The notes beneath the pieces are model-generated. The model was not told the DNA's origin, searched no databases, and saw only the letters and a list, made by a program, of their open reading frames with translations. The translations under genes and the position numbers were made by a program. Of a DNA stretch of 64,000 bases, positions 27,301 to 37,200 are shown piece by piece. The stretch is taken from positions 8,680,001-8,744,000 of the forward strand of contig NC_088858.1 of NCBI RefSeq assembly GCF_963853765.1, given 5' to 3'. How positions within the stretch are numbered: position 1 is the first letter of the stretch; each line of letters begins with the position of its first letter. The DNA is from Magallana gigas (Eukaryota).

Positions 27301-30300
27301 AAATATTGATGATGTGGGGATCTATGTCCGTGTCTTCTCTTTGACTTAATGCCACCTGAGATTGTGTGTTTTGTGACGACCTTTGTGATACGGTCCTTTC
27401 TACAAAAAATGATTGGGGTTGGTATTTTGTTGATGGTTTTGATAGCTATCTGAATTTGATCGTTCACTGCGAGATCTATCCTCATTTTGTTGACGTTCAT
27501 TAGTATGTGAATGACGTGTTGGACCATGGGCTGGGCTTTGAGATTTCCTTGTCTGGGGGCTGGTGTGCCGTGTATTGTTACTCGAGTGACCTCTGTTCAA
27601 TCTTCGTGTATCATTTTTTTGATGGCCCGTTGTTCCAACTACATCAGCGTACGTTCTTCCGGTCAATTGCTTCTCCTGTTGTTTTGCAGTTTGTTCCTGC
27701 TTGCTGCTGTTTTGTTTTCTTTCCTGTTTTGGTTTATGTTTAGATTTCACTGTCTCACTTCCATACGTTTTTTCATATTCTTCCAACCACTTACGTTTCT
27801 TATCCAAAATCTGTTCCGACTTAGCAGCTTCACGGGAGATCTCTTTTTGCCATAGATCTTTGAGTTGGTCTTTTATCTCGCCGTCTATTCTTTGCTCTAT
27901 AATATTCTGAATGTCTTTGTCACATTTGTCGTATTTTGTTTTGTATTTAGGGATCCGAATGCGGAGCAGGGTGATTTCTGCTTCCATTTTCTGCAGAGCT
28001 AGATTAACTTTAATCTTTGTTTCTTCTTCCGGTTCATTTCTTACACTTTTAACCCTATATTTCATAGGAAGGATGATATTCTCTCCCTGTTTCCATTGTT
28101 TGTATGTGTTCGCTAAATGTTCACTCCGGATTGCATTCCAGTATGCTTGTTTTCTTTGATTCAGAAGATTGTTCCATTCAGAAATTAGTTCCTTCTTCTT
28201 TTTAAAAACTTCACTTTGTGAATCAAATATATTGCGATTTTCTAGCAAAATGTCGACATTTGTTCTTGGTAGGTTGTCATCGTTCAAACATGATTGAAAA
28301 ACTCCCTTTTCAAATCCAAAGTTATACTGACTTATAATTGTGTCGAGTTTTCCGTCACAAGAATTAAGTTTGTCCTCTAACTTTACACATAACTCGGAAA
28401 GAATTCCTACCTTCGTATCCAAATTAGCAATTTTGCTTGTAATTTCCTCTAAGACGTTGTCGTGATTGTTTGTAGATTTCGATCTTGTTTGTGTCATCCT
28501 CTTCATATACCAGATATTAAATATAAAAACGAATAAGTCCTTGGTATAGGTAACGATATAGAAAAATGTTTTCAGTAGACGATAACACAATAATCCATTT
28601 CTTTCAAATTTAATCCAGAGCGCTTTCACCTGATCGGCTCTTCAGTGGATTTCAAATTATAACAGAAATAACAAACGTTGACGTCGTTATTATGACGTCA
28701 TAAAGTAGACAACGTCACGAACAGTGTAAACAATATTTGGAGATGGCGGCAAATATTTTTTACAAACACATGTAAACGTAATAAAATATGTACAAATGAT
28801 ATTGTTTTAAAATAAGAGGTTATTGAAATGAAAGCTAAATAAAGTCAATGCAGAATAAATAATGCAATTATCGATTAAGTTTAGGTTTAAATTTTTTTTA
28901 TGAAATATTGTTCTTTTGCAAGTCGCAGCTGATCACTTTCCTCGCGGACTTTGTAAAATGGAAAAATTTCAAACCGGCCTCTCCCGCACATATCAAAATG
29001 TTCACTTCACGGAGTGTTACGAACAGAAGGATCCCTTATCTGCTGCTTATGTACCCTCACACGGTCGGCTAGTTTGGTCCCTGTTTGGCCAATGTAATTT
29101 TCTCCGCATCCATTACAGGTCATGCAATAAATGATGTTTTTAGATTTGCAGTTCATATTAGAGTTGACTTTGAAAACTGTACCGTTTTTAAATGAAATTG
29201 TTTGTCCTGTCTGAATATAGGCGCAAGTCCCACATCGAGAATCCTCGCATTTTGAAACCCGAAAAATTTCTTTAGTCGAAGTAAATTTGGCTCTTGTAAG
29301 AAGTTTTTTAAGGTTAGGGGGTTGTCGTCTGCTGTAGATAAGATTTTTTTCCTTTATAATATCCTTTAGAATTTTTGACTGATGTAAAATCGGTAAACAA
29401 TGCCTCGTGGTATCGAAAATATTATGATTTCTAGGATTGTAGGTTACGACAAACGGGATCTCTGTGGAACTGTTTCCGGGTGTTTTCTCCCTGTTGAATT
29501 TTCGTAGTTCAGAAATAGGTACTTGTTTTGCATTTCGTATGGCTTCAGCCACAAGACCGTCGGGGTATTTTTGTCTACAAAGAAATGTTTTGAGTTCCTC
29601 CAATCTTTTGTTTCTTCTTTCTTCATTTGAAACTATTGTGCATATCCTTCTGGCCATATTAAATGGAATGTTGCGTTTCGTATGAGCAGGATGACATGAA
29701 TTAAAAAGAAGGTACTGGTGACTGTCTGTTTTCTTGTAAAATAAATCGGTAGAAATATTGGTATTTTCCTTAATTATTAATACGTCCAAGAAGGGGAGCT
29801 CTTTCTCATTGGTTTCGATCGTGAATTGAATGTTTTCATGCAGATCATTGAGTAACTTGTGAAAATTTAATAAATCGTCGTGTGATCTGTTCCAAAAAAT
29901 AAAACAGTCGTCCAGGTAACGCTTCCATTGATTTTTTATGTAATTTGCAAAATCATCTCCAAATATTTCATGGGTTTCAGCATACATTTTTTCCTCAAGA
30001 AAGCCTAATACCAAGGTTGCATATGTTGGTGCAACTTTAGTGCCCAATGCCGTTCCTTTGATTTGTATTTATCGTCAAAAAAGAAATGATTGTTTTCAAG
30101 AATGAGTTGTAATCCTTCCAATATAAACTCTTTTCGAAATCTTTGGTCAATTTGGTGACCTTGCTTGTCCATCCAGAAGACGATTCCATTATAATTAAAC
30201 AAGCGGATAAAGGAGGAACCATTGTGATACTGGATAAAGAACACTACAAAAAATTAATCCTCGAACAACTCAACGATGGTCATTTCTATAGAGAAATTGA

Positions 30301-33300
30301 GGAGTGTGAAGTCAGTAAAACCATGAACAAAATTAAACGATTCACTTAAAAATTTGAAAATCACTTGACTGAAAAAGAAATGGATTATCTGGTCAACTTT
30401 GAAACAAAGAATAGTAATTTTTATGGACTTCCTAAAATTCACAAATCAAAGGAACTAAAAGACGGGATGGAAAAAATAAATTCGAGTTATATCAAATTAC
30501 CACAACCTGGAGACTTAAAACTCAGACCAATAGTTGCCGGTCCCTCTTGCCCTACACAAAGACTAAGTAACCTGATTGATATCATTCTAAAACCACTATG
30601 TAATACAATACCCAGTTTTATCCGTGACGAAATGGACTTTCTAAATCATTTACCAAAAACCGTGGAAAACAACACCACTTTAGTAAGCTTTGATGTCACT
30701 AGTCTCTATAAGAACATTCCGCACAACTTAGGGCTAGAAGCAATTTCTTTCTGGATGGACAAGCAAGGTCACCAAATTGACCAAAGATTTCCAAAAGAGT
30801 TTATATTGGAAGGATTACAACTCATTCTTGAAAACAATCATTTCTTTTTTGACGATAAATACTATTTACAAATCAAAGGAACGGCAATGGGCACTAAAGT
30901 TGCACCAACATATGCAACCTTGGTATTAGGCTTTCTTGAGGAAAAAATGTATGCTGAAACCCATGAAATATTTGGAGATGATTTTGCAAATTACATAAAA
31001 AATCAATGGAAGCGTTACCTGGACGACTGTTTTATTTTTTGGAACAGATCACACGACGATTTATTAAATTTTCACAAGTTACTCAATGATCTGCATGAAA
31101 ACATTCAATTCACGATCGAAACCAATGAGAAAGAGCTCCCCTTCTTGGACGTATTAATAATTAAGGAAAATACCAATATTTCTACCGATTTATTTTACAA
31201 GAAAACAGACAGTCACCAGTACCTTCTTTTTAATTCATGTCATCCTGCTCATACGAAACGCAACATTCCATTTAATATGGCCAGAAGGATATGCACAATA
31301 GTTTCAAATGAAGAAAGAAGAAACAAAAGATTGGAGGAACTCAAAACATTTCTTTGTAGACAAAAATACCCCGACGGTCTTGTGGCTGAAGCCATACGAA
31401 ATGCAAAACAAGTACCTATTTCTGAACTACGAAAATTCAACAGGGAGAAAACACCCGGAAACAGTTCCACAGAGATCCCGTTTGTCGTAACCTACAATCC
31501 TAGAAATCATAATATTTTCGATACCACGAGGCATTGTTTACCGATTTTACATCAGTCAAAAATTCTAAAGGATATTATAAAGGAAAAAAATCTTATCTAC
31601 AGCAGACGACAACCCCCTAACCTTAAAAAACTACTTACAAGAGCCAAATTTACTTCGACTAAAGAAATTTTTCGGGTTTCAAAATGCGAGGATTCTCGAT
31701 GTGGGACTTGCGCCTATATTCAGACAGGACAAACAATTTCATTTAAAAACGGTACAGTTTTCAAAGTCAACTCTAATATGAACTGCAAATCTAAAAACAT
31801 CATTTATTGCATGACCTGTAATGGATGCGGAGAAAATTACATTGGCCAAACAGGGACCAAACTAGCCGACCGTGTGAGGGTACATAAGCAGCAGATAAGG
31901 GATCCTTCTGTTCGTAACACTCCGTGTAGTGAACATTTTGATATGTGCGGGAGAGGCCGGTTTGAAATTTTTCCATTTTACAAAGTCCGCGAGGAAAGTG
32001 ATCAGCTGCGACTTGCAAAAGAACAATATTTCATAAAAAAATTTAAACCTAAACTTAATCGATAATTGCATTATTTATTCTGCATTGACTTTATTTAGCT
32101 TTCATTTCAATAACCTCTTATTTTAAAACAATATCATTTGTACATATTTTATTACGTTTACATGTGTTTGTAAAAAATATTTGCCGCCATCTCCAAATAT
32201 TGTTTACACTGTTCGTGACGTTGTCTACTTTATGACGTCATAATAACGACGTCAACGTTTGTTATTTCTGTTATAATTTGAAATCCACTGAAGAGCCGAT
32301 CAGGCGAAAGCGCTCTGGATTAAATTTGAAAGAAATGGATTATTGTNNNNNNNNNNNNNNNNNNNNNNNNNNNNNNNNNNNNNNNNNNNNNNNNNNNNNN
32401 NNNNNNNNNNNNNNNNNNNNNNNNNNNNNNNNNNNNNNNNNNNNNNNNNNNNNNNNNNNNNNNNNNNNNNNNNNNNNNNNNNCTGTAGCTCCCGGTCTGA
32501 AAAAATTCGGATGGACGACCTGGGAGCTACAGTGCCTCCCATAGTAAAAAACTGCAATTTACGGCGCACAAAAAAATGCGCTAGGTTTTGACTGATTAAT
32601 CTCATCTACGATCACATTCTGTACAAATATTTAATCCCAAAAAATTCCTCGGACATTTTACTACATATATTGTCACTTCACTTGCCTCTGATATTCTTTT
32701 AAACACCATCCCCCGCCTTGTCAATTAAAAGTGGTGCATGTTTGTTTACATTTAAAAATGGCGACTCTCGATCTCGACGTAAATTAACATACTTCATTTT
32801 CCGAGGTCGGTTATCATGTTTAAGAGAAGGTCTGAGGCAATTAAAGTGATGATATCAGTAGTAAATTTGCTGAAGAATTTTATGGTTCTAATTATTTTTA
32901 CAGAATTTGTGTGAAAATAAGGTCAATAAGTCCAAACTTAGCGCAATTTTTTGTGCGCCGTAAATTGCAGTTTTTTACTATGGGAGGCACTGTAGCTCCC
33001 AGGTCGTCCATCCGATTTTTTTCAGACCGGGAGCTACAGTCCTGCAGCTACTTATGAACCAGCAAAGATTACTTTTTAAGCACTTAATCTTTTTATTCGA
33101 TAGAAAGAATACCAATTCCCCCACGTCTAGACGTTTTGATAGAGAACTAGGATCTAATAATTGTGATTTTATTGAAGAATTCGTGGATTTCGTGCATGCA
33201 GAGGACCTTCAATGCAAAAAAACAAAGCACAAAAAGCCTCAATACACAAAACGATAACGGTGGTTTTGGAGTACGTAAATCTTTGCATTAATACGACCTT

Positions 33301-34195
33301 TTTCTTGTATTTTTGGAAGGTGAAAGGGTTCATAAAATCAATCTACTTCAGTATCTTTCATCTAAGCTGAGAATTTTCACCAAAAAGAAAGGGCACCAAG
33401 CAGGTGCGATATGTGCGAACGTTCCGGAGATAACAACGTTCCTTCCAGAAATCTCTACTATATTTCCAAAGTGATGACATCAAAATGCATGCTCGTCATC
33501 ATGTTCGCATATAGGGATGGAAAACAAATAAACAAAGTTTTCTATTTTTGAGAAAAAAAAAAATTAATGCAATGATACTACATTCATGTAATCTCCAACG
33601 AATGTCGGCTAGACAAATCTTGTTTAGATGCCAACCCCATTTGCAGATGTAAAAAGCACACAGCAAATAGAAGCTCAATTCTCGAAAAAATGGACATTTA
33701 ATGTTCTATTCCGACTGGTTTGTCCTGTAATCAACTCAAGGCAGTGGTAGGGGGTGCACGAGTGAAGTTACGCTATAATCTCTCTTCAAGACACCAAGAA
33801 AGTACGAATCGTGCATGGAATATTTTCTTACCATAACGAAAACCGGTGTAAATTATTCGAGAACAGTTATATATCCAAAGATTAAGCACAACACAGCGCG
33901 TTAAGAATTCACGGTATTCTTTCAATTTTTGATCTATATTATTTACCAGCTCTGGGGTTAGACGTTTTTTCTTTATCTCTAGATCCATCTCCAGACATAA
34001 GACGTGATCAGGATACAGGCTCTATATAAACTCAAATCTCTCAATTTACTCAGTTGATGTTGGTTTTTTGAAATAGTTGATTTCAAATATATTTTTGTTA
34101 GGTTGTTACTTTAAAGTGACAGAAAATATAAAAAACAAACAAATTATACATCCCCGCGAATAGAAATATTTACAAAATTACTTGTATTAAGAAGC

Positions 34196-34245
<50 letters not shown>

Positions 34246-37200
34246 ATAAATCTCTCTATATCGATCTTTTCAGCACAAGTCATCCAGCCCATCAACGTAA
34301 CGGGAGCCGCCGGGACTCAGGTTACCCTGCCATGTCAAGTCAGAAATGTCGGCCTATATGATAGTGTAAGTATTGATCATCGTTGTATGTTATCAACAAC
34401 TTGTACGTGTAATGAACTAGTATTACATGTAATAAACGAGTGTTACACGTAATAAACTAGTATTACAAATTACAAACGAGTCTTACCTGTGGGGACATAT
34501 TACAATCCAGTTTGACTTCTTGCAATAGCTGCTATACAATTAAACTCATCATAAAAGAATAATAAATACATGTGTTAGTATTTGATTTTCAAACTAGTCT
34601 TGGCGATTTTAAATGTGTATGGCATATTATATACGAAATGAATATTACCACATCACACATGCAATTTATAAATTGTATTGAGTTCTTACATGTAAGAAGC
34701 AAATATAATGCATGACAAATCAAAGCTGTTATCAAAAGTCAAATTACAGTTTACCATTGTAAAATATATAATTATAAACTGATACAATGTATTTTCAAGG
34801 TTGTGTGGCAAGGGTCCTATCAAGAGCCAATATCGGTCAACGACAGAATAGTAGCCATGGAATCCATGAAATACGAAATCAAACAAAAGCACAGTGGTGA
34901 CTGGAGTCTGACCATATCCAATCTAAAGTCCTCAGACCAAGCAAGATACACGTGCATGAAGGGTGCAACAGAGGTCCAGGTTGTGGACCTTTGGATCAAA
35001 GGTATCAAACTTATTTATAGACGATACTTATGTCTATATTATAAATAATGTATTGTTTGTCAATAATTTCAAATACACTAATTTCGAGACACCGAGACAG
35101 TGGAAAATAGACATCTATTTTATTTGAAGTTAAACTTTGCAAGTATGGATGGTACTTGCAAAACGTTAGTTTACATACTGCATTGCTAGGCAAATGCCAT
35201 GGAAACGTCCAATGTTAACTTTGAACATATAGAAATTGTTAATTTGATAACCAACAATATCTTTCAAAATGTTATTGATAGACCTCTTATATAAAGAGAA
35301 TGTACAAACTCAGAATAAAATCGTTGTGAGTCTTGGTTTTATAACTGTCTGTGTTTTAGCACCGCCACGCATACTGGACCAGAACAAGACAATCGATTCG
35401 TTTGTGGGGGAGACCGTCATGCTTCGTTGTCAGGTCACGGGGATCCCCCCACCCACGGTCAAGTGGTACAAGGAAATTATGGACAGCGGAGAAACAATTC
35501 GTGAAGGTAGACATGCTATCATTTATCATTATTACTGTAAATACTAACTGAAATATAATGTCACAACAACAGCTTACTTATAATAGAAATGTTTCAAACT
35601 GCCAGTTCAACAGAGGACATAAATAAATCATTTAGTATGAAATAGATAAGAACTAGAAGCAATCTTGAAACAAGTATTTATTGTTGTGATTATTCATTGA
35701 TGTTATTATTAAAACACGAGGAATCGGTCAAACACAATATAGATATTGAAAGTGCAGTACAATACAGCGTACATGACAAAATATAGATAGGTAGAAAAAT
35801 TTACAAAAGATGAACTTCAATAAATAAAGATAAATTAATCACAGTGAAATATACAATATGTAAATTGTACATGTTATGCGACGACTACGTGTTCTTTTAA
35901 ATAACACAAATATTAAAAGTACTAAAATATCTTTACATTTTGTTTTGTAGACCTCGGAATAACAGGCGCCTATTTCTCTTTGACACTGTCTGAGGACTCT
36001 GGAGGAATTTACATCTGTCAGGCAGATAATGGAATTCAACCCAAGGCAGACAGACACTTCCGCATCAGTGTTGAATGTAAGGTTTATGTTCTTTAGATAA
36101 AGGTCCCGGAACAGCAGTGTTTGATGTGTAAAATAATAAGACAGATCTTTACTGTAAATACATCACTCTTGCAATGGTGTCCTTGCATGCTGTATGTTAT
36201 AACAAAGTAAATTTATGGAATCTATTGATACACAGCAACTGCTAGATAAACTGCAGTGTATATTACTGTTGTGCAACTCAAAACGTCAAAAAGAATTTGG
36301 TTAAATACACCGTTCAGTTATTTTCACTACCATCAAAAAACAGTTTTCTTTTTAGTAGTAGGGTAAAAGCCCAATACAGTCTTTGTTGAACTGAATGAAA
36401 TTTATATTTTATTTAATTTTGTCATTGACAGTAATGCCAATCATAACAGTGTCCATGAAACAAATAAAACAAGAGCAAGGGAAACCTACCAGGCTACAAT
36501 GTATGGTAGAAGGACATTCTCTGGGTAAAGTAAAGTGGTTTTACAAGGGGAGGCGAATTGTAAGAGACGACCGAATCACCTTCTCCGCCCACAACACCTC
36601 ATCCAATGTCGTCACCTACTTCATGGCCATCCAATCTCTGGAGTCTGGGGACTTCGGTATTTACACCTGTAAGGTGTCCAACAACGCTGGAAGTGCGGAG
36701 GCCCAGGTTGAACTCGTTGAAATACTTCCGGGTAAGAGTCTGGAAGACAATGCTATTAAAGGCATACTGATATCCTATAGTAGTTTTGCCCCCCCCCCCC
36801 CCCCCAATACTTTTATCTAATCAAAATGAATATCAAAATATAAATTATTGATTGAATGTTTCAAAAATAAATCCAAAGTATCCTAAAGAACGTGGCTGCT
36901 GTGTTTTTAGTTCAATAACTTTAAGAAATTTCAACTTTGTTTGGTTAACAGAGATAAAAGCAACAAGATGTGAGAAACTGAACAATGAACACTGTGTTGG
37001 CATTCTACAGTCCAATTTCACATTGTTTCCGAACAGTCGAGGGGACAAAACTCTAGAAGAAGCTTCAGTAATGTTTGAACAATCTTTCGTCGTAGTCAAA
37101 AGTACGTGTAGTAAATACTTGCTGCCGTTTCTCTGTGGGACCTACTTCCCGCCCTGTGTTAATGACAGCATTATTCCACTGTGTCCCTACCTCTGTGACC

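Larger units (their letters stand above)
24373..32346. mobile_element. Penelope-like retroelement composite: full copy (-), tandem 5'-truncated copy (-) supplying the pseudo-LTR, and an inverted 5'-truncated copy (+)
   Basis: Three near-identical RT/GIY-YIG segments. The 3' region is repeated at 24373-25081 (MITE-interrupted), 28523-28867 and 32066-32346. Inversion junction at 30175-30178. The right end runs into the N gap. Confidence 0.95.

Noticed and set aside
28507-28629. ORF-track N-terminal extension of ORF1 (MKALWIKF...)
   Set aside because: It begins at a non-AUG codon inside the hammerhead. The first AUG after the predicted cleavage site is at 28506.
29007-29009. In-frame TGA at a Cys codon (NTPCSEH) in PLE copy 2, suggestive of selenocysteine recoding as reported for some PLE clades
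   Set aside because: Copies 1 and 3 have TGT here, copy 2 has other disabling indels, and I saw no SECIS-like structure. Best read as a point mutation or sequence error.
25076-32071. Repeated short ORFs antisense or off-frame to the PLE RT (MQVAADH..., MELFPGV..., MKKEETK..., MQLSIKF...)
   Set aside because: They recur only because the element is triplicated; short, with no recognisable domain.
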